Shown in pieces: positions 1 to 12,314 of a stretch of 64,000 nucleotides of DNA. Both the position numbers and the translations under genes were made by a program. How positions within the stretch are numbered: position 1 is the stretch's first letter; every line of letters starts with the position of its first letter. The notes beneath the pieces are model-generated. The model ran no database searches. It was given only the letters and a program-made list of their open reading frames with translations, and was not told where the DNA came from. This DNA is from Octopus vulgaris (lineage: Eukaryota): assembly GCA_951406725.2 (NCBI GenBank), contig OX597814.1, positions 19,096,001 to 19,160,000 on the forward strand. The letters run 5' to 3'.

Positions 1-1429
1 ATTGGACAATTTTTTTCGAAACCGCAATGATACTTCCAAAATGTCTTTGATATTTTTATTGCTTGTATAACGTTGTAATTAATTGTTTCACAGACTGGTA
101 TACATCATTAGTTACTGTAATTAATCTACTTGAAGTTCTCCTAAGATAAAATGCTTGAAAATGGAAATAACTGCCCGATCGATAAGATGTATGAATATTA
201 TGTATGATGGCATGAAAATTGCTATAGCTATTACATATGTTTATAGTGAATTGAAATTTGAAAGATGACCATACTCTTTGGCCGGCCGAAACCAGAACCT
301 TAAATTATTCTTTTCATAGTAACGTTTGACAGCAGGGGAGAAATGCGATCAATAAAGTATTCGGTAACCATATCCTGTTGAATTCTCAACATCCTCTATA
401 CAATTTCCATATAACATGTACGCAATATTTGGAAACTCGTTTAATTGTTCTTGGAGAAAAAGAACGAATAACAAGCAATGCCTTCAATTTAAGTTTTTAC
501 TGTCATTTTGCTCTTATGCAATAGAATACTTTTCTAGTGTAATTTGAGATTTAAGTTTTAGAAGATAACATTTTAAAAATTATATGTATTTATCTACCTT
601 AAAAGCTAGATTTCCTCAATAATTACTTGTTGCTTTATACGCTAAAATGTTGATGTAATTAATTTCTAATGCTGGAAGTTTGTCAAAGCTTGCTGATGGA
701 TTCGTTTCCCATTGCTTTAAAGATTAAATAGTTACTTGAACTTTACAAACCACAGTAAATTACGAGTCACTAAATGAATTGCTTAGGAATTTTTCTCTTT
801 TTCACAGATTATATTTTAGAAAATTTACTGGATAGAGTGGCCCTATGAAAAACTATACGATAATTTTTTTCATGTTTTAGTATGTAAACATATTACTTCA
901 AAGTGTTACACCAAATTGTCATTTGCAACAATTACAGAAGATTAAAAACATACGAAATTATTGCTCAACCAGAACGATGTAACTAAAGCAAATTCATAAT
1001 ATAAAAGCAAGCAAGGTGAAGAACCTTCAGAGCTTTCATTTGTACGTGATAAAACATCTGCAAGATGGTTTAAATTTAAGCAGGAAATTCGGAGGAAGAA
1101 TTTATATTGTATTGTTTGTGATTTAAAATTGTTGCAATATTAAGCATCTTTATAATAGGGATATGTGCAACAAGGAAATGCAAACTCCGTTTTTGGAGAA
1201 GGCGCCGGAAATCTTAATGGATCTGGAGAAAAGGTTAGCTGATAAAAAAGTGTTGCTCTCGTATTCAAAAACGTATAAATTCATTTCAAATAGTAATTTC
1301 TTGAAATTGTTCCTCTTTCTCATTCAGGCCTGCTAATATTCGCAGCTAGGTCTTAATTTCCTTTACCTATCAGTAAAGGGATATTTTATGAAGGTGAGAA
1401 TTTATCATGTACAAAATATAGTATCTATG

Positions 1430-1570
1430 AATGAATATATATGTATATTAGACATATGTATATATTATATATTATATATATATATAATGTAATATTACAT
1501 TATTAATATACTATACAATATTTTATAAGATTATATTGCATATATATCATATATACTTTAATATATATAT

Positions 1571-1609
<39 letters not shown>

Positions 1610-1667
1610 GTGTATGTGTGTGTGAGCATACATATATACGTAGACAGATAGATAGATAAATAGCTAA

Positions 1668-1738
<71 letters not shown>
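1430..1738. repeat. (TA)n/(TG)n followed by (TAGA)n microsatellite
   Basis: Direct reading of the tandem repeats; source of the spurious YLSI/IYIY ORFs. Confidence 0.95.
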
Positions 1739-2645
1739 TCTTTATTGGCCACACAGGGGACAAATACAAATGTAGAGAAAAAAGGAGGGAAAATAAGAAG
1801 AAAATTCCGATTAAAAGGAATCGGGAAAAACAAACGATCAAAAGGGATCGTGTACGACAAAAGAATTTTTTAAATGTGAAAAGTAAGATCAGGTTTAACC
1901 GTGGAAAGAAAAGCCTACGGAAAATACCACGGTAACCTCAGGAAGAGAGGGAATATACACATGAGAGCAACTTTCTCTCTCTCTCTCTTTTCGATTTAGA
2001 GGATCTTGCTCAAAGTGGTTTGGTCACTGGCACACACTCTCTTTGCTACATTCGCCCACCTTTTTTTGAAACTTTCAAGAGACAAATCCTGACTATCCAT
2101 TCTCACCTTCCTTTTCAAGTGGTACTTGAAAAAGTTGATGAGCGATTGGCCAGAGAGGTAAGTGTTTGTCTCAAATCCTTTCGCTCGAGTCATTCCTTCA
2201 ACATGGCCACACATTCTTTCAACATGGCCACCAGCACGATGAAGACTGTCTTGCCTTCCCGGTTGAGGGAAGGTGGCAGCGCAATCTCTACGATAGACTC
2301 GGCCGATAGGCGGACTCGTCCCACATGAGACCACAGCCGTTCGGCATAATCCCACAGATCCAAAATGGTTGGACACTGCACGAGTGCGAGCAGAACGGAT
2401 TCGTCGCTCTTACCGCATCTCGGGCAAATCGGTTCGTTGTGTCTCGAACCGTACCTATAGTGCTTATCCCGAACGGGTAATGCTTCTCGATAGTACTGCC
2501 AGTTGTCCTGAACCGGCGGGTCAGGTGTTCCACGTCGACGCCCAGATTCTGCCCGAGACCGTTGTCGCACCTTCCCTCCACTAATCCTCTATAGAACGCC
2601 TTTGTTGTAATGAAGTCGCACAAGTTTGGTCCCGGACGGCAGAGT
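1739..2645 (-). mobile_element. 5'-truncated L1/Tx1-clade LINE 3' fragment (ORF2 C-terminal zf-RVT region plus 3' UTR)
   Basis: Frameshifted minus-strand peptide REALPVRDK..ICPRCGKSDESVL.ALVQCP..LW (CCHC-type zinc knuckle of L1/Tx1 ORF2), stop at 1996. The 3' UTR ends TGTGTGGCCAATAAAGA and runs into (TCTA)n. Confidence 0.8.
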
Positions 2646-2750
2646 TGCATACACATACATATGTGTATGTATATATGCATATATTTATATATTATTTATA
2701 TTATATGAGCGAACGCCAAGCATCCTTTTCCAAGCAAATTTTATCTATAC

Positions 2751-2827
<77 letters not shown>

Positions 2828-2829
<2 letters not shown>

Positions 2830-3028
2830 CAATTGCAGCGTGGTAGGTGTTTATAAGCCATTTAAGAAACGCACAAAAACCGTCAAATTAAATTTAAATG
2901 TTGACGTGAATTTAACGGTTTTTGTGTGTTTCTTAAATAGCTTAGAAACACCTACCACACTGCAATTGTTTTCGTTCCAGCACACGATCTCAGATCAGGT
3001 CACTTGCTATGGAAGTACATCTCCGTAA
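2828..3028. mobile_element. Fold-back element: ~62-bp inverted arms plus one-sided extension, inside (TA)n
   Basis: AACAATTGCAGCGTGGTAGGTGTTT... (2828-2889) is the imperfect reverse complement of 2909-2970. Confidence 0.7.
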
Positions 3029-3228
3029 ATATATATATATACTCAAGCACACACATAGATACATAAACAAACACAATGAGAGAATGAGTGAACGAGTGAG
3101 TGCCTCTGAGTTAGTGTAACGATAATATAAAAAGCACTTCCAGTGAAATACGTAATGCGATGAAAATATTGACCCCTCAAGTCGAGTTTTCTCGACGCAT
3201 ACTACGTACGTTGTTTGCCTGAAGATCC

Positions 3229-3471
3229 TCTTTACTCTTTACTCTTTATTCTTTATTCTTTTACTTGTTTCAGTCATTTGACTGCGGCCATGCTGGAGCA
3301 ACGCCTTTAGTCGAGCAACTCGACCCCGGGACTTATTCTTTTTGTAAGCCCAGTACTTATTCTATCGGGCTCTTTTTGCCGAACCGCTAAGTGACGGTGA
3401 CGTAAACACACCAGCATCGGTTGTCAAGCAATGCTAGGGGAACAAACACAGACACACAAATACACTCACAT

Positions 3472-3532
<61 letters not shown>

Positions 3533-3830
3533 GTTAAAAAAAACGAGAAAACACAAAAAACAACAACACGTGGAACAATTACAGTATTATTATTATTAGG
3601 CGCTCAGGAAAATGGAAGAAGGAGGGTATGACGTTTCGAGCGGAGCTCTTCGTCGGAAACATAAGAGAAGGAAGAAAGAAGAATATATACGACAAGCTTC
3701 TTTCAGTTTCCGTCTACCAAATCCACTCACAAGGCATTGGTCAGCCCGGGGCTATAGCAGAAGACACTTGCCCAAGATGCCACGCAGTGGGACTGAATCC
3801 GGAACCATGAGGTAGGTTAGCAAGCTACTT
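3229..3830 (-). mobile_element. tRNA-headed SINE family C (internal TA/CA microsatellite), interrupted by a hammerhead element
   Basis: Matches copies at 29958, 35805, 41513 and 48500; B-box-like GGTTCAGTCC head in the family; AAGAGT-type tail. Confidence 0.9.
3625..3660 (-). ncRNA. Minimal type I hammerhead ribozyme motif (PLE-type variant) in a ~150-bp element at 3530-3682
   Basis: Minus strand GTTT-CCGACGA-A-GAGC.TCC.GCTC-GAAAC-GTC-ATAC. Confidence 0.6.
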
Positions 3831-4329
3831 TTCGTTTTCTCTATCAATCTGTTTCCTTCAACGTCATTTCAATAGTTTTTTTATACTCACATCGACCTTT
3901 TATACACTTTCCAATGAAGCCAAATTAGACGTCGGTTAGAGTACAAATATTAATTAATCAAATTATTATCTCCACGTGTTTGACCAAAGATTTCGACTAC
4001 CGATATTAGAAGATAGTTTCGTTTAAATCTAACTGATGTAGTCTACGTAATTCATTTCAAAGGTTTATTACCGAGCGTCCACTGATCAACGAACGAAAGT
4101 GTAAGATTTCTCAATGATATTAAGTGATATAAAGACATTCTCAATAATTCAGAGAATCAAATAAGTCTCAATGATGTTAGCCATTTTCATGAAATCTGGT
4201 ATTTCGTTTTCGTGTGTGTGTGTGTGTGCGCGTGTCTGTGCGCGTATTTATATATACATATACATGCGTATGTGTGTATATATATTTTTTTTTTTTTTTT
4301 TTATATATATATATATATATATACATACA

Positions 4330-4392
<63 letters not shown>

Positions 4393-4399
4393 ATATATA

Positions 4400-4433
<34 letters not shown>

Positions 4434-4480
4434 TACATACATATATATATATATACATACATATATATATACATATATAT

Positions 4481-4544
<64 letters not shown>

Positions 4545-4546
<2 letters not shown>

Positions 4547-5035
4547 ATGCGCAATGGCCCAGTAGTTAGGGCAGCGGACTCGCGGTCGTAGGATCGCAGT
4601 TTCGATTCTCAGATGGAGTATTGTGAGTGTTTATTGAGCGAAAACACCTCAAGATCCACGAGGCTCCGGCAGGGGGGGTAGTGAACCCGGCTGTACTCTT
4701 TCACCACAACTTTCTCTCACTCTTTATTCCTGTTTCTGTTGTACCTGTATTTCAAAGGGCCGGCCTTGTCACACTCTGTGTCACGCTGAATCTCCCCGAG
4801 AACTACGTTAAGGGCACACGTAGAGCGTTCCGCCACTTGCATTTAATAAATAAGCTGTGACGTCACTGGTGCCAAGCTGTATCAGTCTTTGCCTTTCCCT
4901 TGGATAACATGGAGAGGGGAGGCTGGTATGCGTGGGGGACTGCTGGTCTTCCATAAATAACTGTGCCCAGACTTGTGCCTCGGAGGATAACATTAGGTGC
5001 AATCCCATGGTCATTCATGACCGAAGAGGGTCACA
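4545..5035 (+). mobile_element. Chimeric SINE: family A head/body fused to family B 3' half
   Basis: 4545-4850 matches the reverse complement of 6867-7251; 4855-5035 matches 57130-57318. Confidence 0.8.
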
Positions 5036-5139
5036 ACACAACATATATATTTATATAAATAGATATTTGTGCATGTATTTATATGTGTATATTAATATAT
5101 GCATATATGCATATATATAAATATATGTATAGACATATA

Positions 5140-5171
<32 letters not shown>

Positions 5172-5231
5172 ACACACATATAAACATTTTTTTCCTCTGT
5201 CTTCCCTTCTCAGGATCTTTCCTTCCCCTTT

Positions 5232-5266
5232 GTTTCCGACGAAGAGCTCCGCTCGAAACGTTAAAC
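5232..5266 (+). ncRNA. Minimal type I hammerhead ribozyme motif in a ~190-bp element at 5180-5372
   Basis: GTTT-CCGACGA-A-GAGC.TCC.GCTC-GAAAC-GTT-AAAC; stem I GTTT/AAAC, palindromic stem III region AACGTT. Confidence 0.65.
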
Positions 5267-5846
5267 CCTCCTTCCCTTCTTTCCTGAGCGTCCAATAATA
5301 CTTTATTTGTTCCACGTCCTCGCGTTGCTGTGTTTTTTTGTGTTTTCTTGTTTGGATTAACTATATATATATATATACATATATGAAATTTTACATAGTT
5401 CATATGTGTTTGTGTGCGTATGTGTGTGTGTTTGTGTGGTGTACGTATAACTGTATATTTGTGTTTATATTTTTTGAAGTAAGTGTAAAGATATATATAA
5501 AACACATTTCAGTATTCACAACCAAAGATTTATTGTCAACCAACTCCTCTCGAGGTTCTTAGTTGAAGAGCGATTGCGATACGTTTGCTGGTGTTAAAAA
5601 AAGACATAGTTACGTTTTTATTACCCGAATGCTAAAATGATTTTGCTAATACGAAAAACTTCAGTAAGCCCAAATGTCCAATAAAGATATTTGAAAAATA
5701 TAGTAACAGCCACTTGACGTAATGGAATGAATGCGAAGTTAGATATTCACTGTTTTTATCCGCTATGAAACCCATGGTGTCCGATAAGCTTAATTCCGTC
5801 ATCAAGAAAGGCAGGTATCAAAGTCAACACTTTGCGTATAAATCAC

Positions 5847-5911
<65 letters not shown>

Positions 5912-5998
5912 TTATTTATTTATTTATTCATTTATTTATATATGCGTGTATGTGTGTGAGTATGTATATATGTATGTATATACATATATGTATGTATA

Positions 5999-6297
5999 TC
6001 TTTATATATAAAAGTGAAGTTGTGTGTCTGTCTCCTACGATTTAGATTCCTAACTACTCCCACATTTTGCGGTGCAGTTTAACCAAAAGCGGGCATCTTA
6101 TAGTCGTGATTCATATCGAGGCCTTCTGGGTATTAGCGCGCGTCTACGATGAATCTACGATTTTAAAAAAAATTACCATCATTTTTCCACATTTTTAATG
6201 CATTTTCGCTCGGTTTATATAAGGGAAGTAACTCTCTATAAATGCTTATATAGTTATTTCCCTTACAAACCCGAGCAACGCCGGGCGATACTGCTAG
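5999..6297 (+). mobile_element. Non-autonomous Helitron
   Basis: 5' TC, 3' CTAG, subterminal hairpin CCCGAGCAACGCCGGG, inserted between A and T; homologous copies at 33777 and 62258. Confidence 0.9.
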
Positions 6298-6355
6298 TTA
6301 TATATACATATATATGTATATATATATGTATATATATAGACATACATATATATGC

Positions 6356-6388
<33 letters not shown>

Positions 6389-6866
6389 CATACATATATA
6401 TACCCTTATATGTATGCATGTATGTATATATGCGTATGTGTGCCCATATATATGTATAATGAATATATATGTGTGTGTGTGTGTGTATGTATATATATGT
6501 ATGTATGTATGTATTTATATATATGTGCATACACAGAAAAGAACAATACAAAATAAAAAAGAAGACTATGTTTTCAGAATCAATGTTACCATGATGTTAG
6601 TATGACGCTTCAGTGAAGAGGAAGGCATTTCAGAGGGTGTTCTCCTCAGTATAATGGAGAATTCCAACGAGTAAAAATACACATTGTTGATGTTACAATT
6701 ACAGTAAGGGCTGTAATGAGTAATTCCCACATGCTAGAAATAGATGCCAAATTGCTAAAAGAATTACATTATTTACAACCTTGCACCGACTGAAAGCGAG
6801 AGAAATGAAGAAAAAGATCTTTTTTAAATGGTTTAAACATAGATTGATTTCTAGTTTAGGAATATT

Positions 6867-7251
6867 GGATGGGAAGCACTCCGTCGGTTACGACGACGAG
6901 GGTTCCGGTTGATCCGATCAACGGAACAGCCTGCTCGTGAAATTAACGTGTAAGGGGCTGAGCACTCCACAGACACGTGTATGCTTAACGCAGTTCTCGG
7001 GAATATTCAGCGTGACACAGAGAGTGACAAGGCCGGCCCTTTGAAATACAGGTACAACAGAAACAGGAAGTAAGAGTGAGAGAAAGTTGTGGTGAAAGAG
7101 TACAGCAGGGATCACCACCAACCCTGCCGGAGCCTCGTGGAGCTTTAGGTGTTTTCGCTCAATAAACACTCACAACGCCCGGTCTGGGAATCGAAACCGC
7201 GATCCTACGACCGCGAGTCCGCTGCCCTAACCACTGGGCCATTGCGCCTCC
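6867..7251 (-). mobile_element. tRNA-derived SINE family A, full length
   Basis: Head GGAGGCGCAATGGCCCAGTGGTTAGGGCAGCGGACT...GTTTCGATTCC with A/B boxes; 11-bp TSD TTAGGAATATT (6856-6866 and 7252-7262). Confidence 0.95.
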
Positions 7252-7716
7252 TTAGGAATATTACACCCTTTACCGTCTTCAGCATTGTACAACTCAAAGT
7301 ACATAATTATAAACATTTACACCTACCCATACGAGTATATTGTTATTCACGAGCGAATGTACAAACATTCACACTTATATAACAAGCTAAGTCTAATTTG
7401 TCAACCTCAGCCGCCTGCCAATACAACCAAAATAATCACGGAAGTGGTTTATATTTATCTTTATAAAGATTTTAACCTTTATTATAAAGATAAATATAGA
7501 CCCCTTCAACCGATATATTGTTGATTTTATATATCTGACCATTGTCTGACCAGAAATATGCTGTAGGGCAAGTGACCGAGGAGGAGGAGGAGGAGAACAG
7601 ACGTGTGTCTGTACGGGGGGGGGGGGTTCTGTGTGCGTGCGCGCGTGCTTACATATATGTATTGTGCGTATGGTATGGAATAGCGTTTTTGTGTTTGTGT
7701 GTATGTGTTTGATGAC

Positions 7717-8325
7717 ATTTCGGCATATTTGGCATTAGAAAATTTTTTTCCCTTGCCCTCATTTATGAATTATATAAATTTAACCGTTAAAGGTATTTTT
7801 TAATATGCTTGGCCATGGATAAAATTTTTTTCGAGAACATTTTTTTTTTTTGCGAAAAGAATTTTATCCTCACATTTGATATAAATTTAAGCGTTCACTT
7901 CCGGACTAACTAACTCACTCTGTGAGAGCCTCAGTTCAAATCGCACGTGCCTCAGATGGGCTGGAGTATTTCTATTTTGGATGTATTTGGGGTACTTAGC
8001 TGTGCCCATGACTTAGTGTTTGCTTCTTTCATGGGTATGAGTAAGTATCTCATTTATTTCTTTTACCACATGTGTCGGTCCGATATGGTAATAATGGAAT
8101 TTTTTAGAGATCTCTTTCGACCTTTATTCGAGTATATGGTTAATGGACAATATGTCCAATTTTTCGGCATATTTGGCATTAGAAAATTTTTTTTCCCTTG
8201 CCCTCATTTATGAATTATATAAATTTAACCGTTAAAGGTATTTTTTAATATGATGGCCATTGATAACATTTTTTTCGAGAAAATATTTTTTTTTCGAAAA
8301 GAATTTTATCCTCACATTTGATATA
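7717..8325. repeat. ~165-bp direct repeat pair (7717-7882 and 8161-8325) flanking a ~280-bp core; probable DNA-transposon subterminal region
   Basis: TTTCGGCATATTTGGCATTAGAAAA...CCTCACATTTGATATA occurs twice. Confidence 0.75.
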
Positions 8326-8449
8326 TATATATATATATGTGGATTTTATATACATTTCTCTGTATATATACAATGTTTTATATACATTTCTCTGTATATG
8401 TGCATAAGTGTGTGTAGGAGAGAATGGGTGCTAAATGGAGGGGAAGCAG

Positions 8450-9800
8450 AAATGTACCGTTATATTGTATTTTGAATGTCTCTGAGTACTCATGTCCGAG
8501 ACTCCATCAGTGTCCTAATGTTTGGCAGGTAGAGAGTGCTACGCTTTATGTATCCAGAAGGAAAGTTCAAAACACCTTCGTCGCTTATTTGATAAGCGAT
8601 TCCGGAACACCTTTGTCTAGAGCTGAGTAATTTGGTAGAGCAATTGAGAAACATGATAAAGTTCCGTAAAGTATTTTCTTTAGACAGTCTCCCTTCTGAT
8701 TTTTCAGGTCGCTGTAACCTTTGAGAGATAGCCGACTAAATAGAAGGAAGAATAATATATGCTAGCGATACACTTTATAGCTTTTGTCATCGGAATCTAC
8801 ACTCCTCTCGAAAAATGGGCCGCCGTGCTTGGTCAAAGGAAATCAATAATACTAAGTATGCTGCGTTGCTACAGCCACTTAAGATCTCTTTATTCCCCCA
8901 GTTTATGGAGCGAATCAATCTTGGGAGTACACTGCGGTTGATTTAATTGTTTTGGCTTTGCTACATAATCAGTATCATAAAACATATTTATTCCGGACGT
9001 GGGCGTTGTTATTGTTTTGTTAACACGTATATAGTCTATCAACGAATAAGTCATATTATTAGTTACAATGTCCCAGATAGGGTAATTTTATCTATTTCTA
9101 GGCGATGTGTTATTTATCGCATTCTATACACGATGGTAGATAAAACGAATTTCTTTAAAAAATCGTTTATTTACTGAACATTCTACGTTTGTAGGTGTTA
9201 ACTCTATTGATTAGAATCAAGTTTACAATGTCCGAACAATTCTGTGGACAAACAAATTCCAGCTACCATCATTTCAGTTTTTCTCTTTCACGTATGTTCG
9301 TCCACCATTCAAAAAAGATTCATCTAGTTATCTTCAGGATGGAGTTGGCTACCTTGTCCAGTCCCTGAACGCAAGTGTCTTTGATAACGAGGACAGTGAA
9401 CACGGGCATCAGTGAGAAACCTGATGGCGTATTCCTTATTAGCCTCTCTATATTGTTATTGTTCAACTGCGGTATCTCTGATAGCCCCTTTTCTCTCACA
9501 GCTCTTGTGGTCTGCTGCATACAATTCTCCTCTATTCAATGTCCGGTACTCTAATTCTTTATGGTTTATATTGAAAACCATCAATGAAATCTTAAAATGG
9601 TTTTGCAAGGATTTCTCTGGTCGTCTAAAGAGCGTTTACCGTGCAGAAGTTCGCTACATAGCGGTAACACTGTGAGCCGGTGATGTGTCAGATTTAGTGC
9701 ATGAGAGATTATTTCATCTAATAGGATCTTATTTTTAAGGAAAGCATATAGTGCGATTTGAAGGATAGTTGATCAAGTAAGTACGACCTGGTGATTAGAA
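8450..9800 (-). pseudogene. Possible heavily degraded LINE reverse-transcriptase remnant
   Basis: Only scattered motif-like peptides on the minus strand (EILAKPF, NIERLIRN, GRLSKKILYGTL) with many stops and frameshifts. Confidence 0.3.
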
Positions 9801-9930
9801 ATACGGTCTTACGAGATAGTTTCAGTAAGCAGGCCGTATATTTTATACATCTGCACAGAACATTGATAATATACTTTTCCATACAGCGTCTGGGAATTGC
9901 CTTCTGACAACGATGTTGTAAGTGTTAAAT

Positions 9931-10319
9931 GGATGGAAGCACTCCGTCGGTTACGACGACGAGGGTTCCGGTTGATCCGAATCAACGGAACAGCCTGCTC
10001 GTGAAATTAACGTGTAAGTGGCTGAGCACTCCACAGAAACGTGTACCCTTAACGTAGTTCTCGGGGATATTCAGCGTGACACAGAGAGTGACAAGGCCGG
10101 CCCTTTGAAATACAGGTACAACAGAAACAGGAAGTAAGAGTGAGAGAAAGTTGTGGTGAAAGAGTACAGCAGGGATCACCACCATCCCCTCCCGGAGCTT
10201 CGTGGATCTTTAGGTGTTTTCGCTCAATAAACACTCACAACGCCCGGTCTGGGAATCGAAACCGCGATCCTATGACCGCGAGTCCGCTGCCCTAACCACT
10301 GGGCCATTGCGCCTCCACG
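9931..10319 (-). mobile_element. tRNA-derived SINE family A, full length
   Basis: Near-identical to 6867-7251; TSD AGTGTTAAAT (9921-9930 and 10320-10329). Confidence 0.95.
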
Positions 10320-10599
10320 AGTGTTAAATAGCGGCCAATGAATTCAAGGAGTAATTCCCGCAGCATATGTACTCTTTCAGATATAGGTACAGGGAAATAT
10401 GTCATAGAGGCTATGCGCTTTTGATGAATTTCAAGCCATTGATTTCGTTAATTCTGATATAACACGTTGTCTGCACCTTGACTTTACACCATCCTGCATG
10501 CCAACAATCCAGCAGACACACCACGTCGAACACCACACAGCGCTATTCATCTGCTGTCGCTAAGATATCACTACACCAACCAGACAGTAGCAGATCATC

Positions 10600-11250
10600 A
10601 GCTGGCAGAAACGTTAGCACACCGGGCGAAATGCTTAGCGGTATTGCGTCTTGGCAGAATCGTTAGCACGCCGGGCGAAATGCTTTGTGGTATTTTGCCT
10701 GCCGTTACGTTGTGAGTTCAAATTCCGCCGAGGTTGACTTTGCCTTTCATCCTTTCGGGGTCGATAAATTAAGTACCAGTTACGCACTGGGGTCGATGTA
10801 ATCGACTTAATCCATTTGTCTGTCCTTGTTTGTCCCCTCTGTGTTTAGCCCCTTGTGGGTAATAAAGAAATAGAAATAGGTATTGCGTCTGTCGTTGCGT
10901 TCTGAATTCAAATTCCGCCGAGGTCGACTTTGCCTTTCATCCTTTCGGGGTCGATAAATTAAGTACCAGTTACGCACTGGGGTCGATGTAATCGACTTAA
11001 TCCATTTGTCTGTCCTTGTTTGTCCCCTCTATGTTTAGCCCCTTGTGGGTAATAAAGAAATAGAAATAGGTATTGCGTCTGTCGTTGCGTTCTGAATTCA
11101 AATTCCGCCGAGGTCGACTTTGCCTTTCATCCTTTCGGGGTCGATAAATTAAGTACCAGTTACGCATTGGGGTCGATGTAATCGACTTAATCCATTTGTC
11201 TGTCCTTGTTTGTCCCCTCTATGTTTAGCCCCTTGTGGACAATAAAGAAA
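10600..11250 (+). mobile_element. SINE family D, nested/tandem trimer
   Basis: Two heads (GGCAGAAACGTTAGCAC) followed by three ~190-bp bodies ending AATAAAGAAA; B-box-like GAGTTCAAATTCC. Confidence 0.9.
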
Positions 11251-11485
11251 CAGTTAAATACTCTGTTAAGTAGAAGCCATTCCTTAAAACTCAAGCCTCA
11301 AGTAATGATATCGCCGATGCATCATATATTTCTTATACTTAGTTGACTTAGCGACGCTAACATCAAGATGGAGATGCAGATGTGTTATTGGTGAGTTATT
11401 ACCAGAACAAGGTGACCCTGGTTGACCCATGAGGATTAAGCAATCCATGTAATAAAAATGCAAAGTTCCTAAACTTCGCTTCTAA

Positions 11486-11537
11486 ATATCCGAGGATGTG
11501 GACTTGTTTCTCACGTCCGCGAAACTTTAAGTAACAT
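11486..11537 (+). ncRNA. Type I hammerhead-like motif
   Basis: ATAT-CCGAGGA-T-GTGGAC(11 nt)GTCCGC-GAAAC-TTTAA-GTA-ACAT, upstream of a (TA)n tract. Confidence 0.5.
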
Positions 11538-11629
11538 GAGGTGCTGAATCAGCCTGTTATGCAATAATTACGTACAACTTCAATTATGTCTTAAGTGTTG
11601 CTTCCGTTATTTTATCTACTTGTATATAT

Positions 11630-11687
<58 letters not shown>

Positions 11688-12021
11688 CATGTACTCATGT
11701 AGATAATATTCTCACATGAAATATAATAGTCGAGTAATGTCCTTTAATATATCTATACGGCTATCAGCTGTTTTATAATCTCTTTTATAGTATATAAGTT
11801 GTCAGATTAGTAATTAGCATATACCAGCAACGCAACTGGATTTCAACGGGAAATTACGGCTATTGGTAAGTTGAAATGAAAACTCGTCAAACTGAGAATC
11901 ATTCGGAAAGCTTAAGTATGGTTGACATACTTGTAAAATCTTTAACATCTGTAATTATACTGTAACATAAGTTCATACATATAAATATATAAATAAACTC
12001 TCACATATGTGTACGCATTCA

Positions 12022-12079
<58 letters not shown>

Positions 12080-12081
12080 TA

Positions 12082-12124
<43 letters not shown>

Positions 12125-12280
12125 GTTTATAGGCCTGTTTGTGCGTGTGCATGGGTATATGTGTAAGTGTACGTCAAACTATGTGAGTGAGTGTATAACT
12201 TGGTATGAGTATAGAAGAATAAACGATATAATTTTTACAGATAAACATACAACAGAATAGCAGTACAAATGTATATACGC

Positions 12281-12314
<34 letters not shown>

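Noticed and set aside
6918-7169. Recurrent [12 protein letters not shown]... (also 4627, 10049)
   Set aside because: Incidental reading frame within SINE A; frames differ between copies.
7175-7251. tRNA-like sequences (also 4545, 10240, 23462, 56986)
   Set aside because: They are SINE heads continuous with SINE bodies and, in several cases, bounded by TSDs, so not called as tRNA genes.
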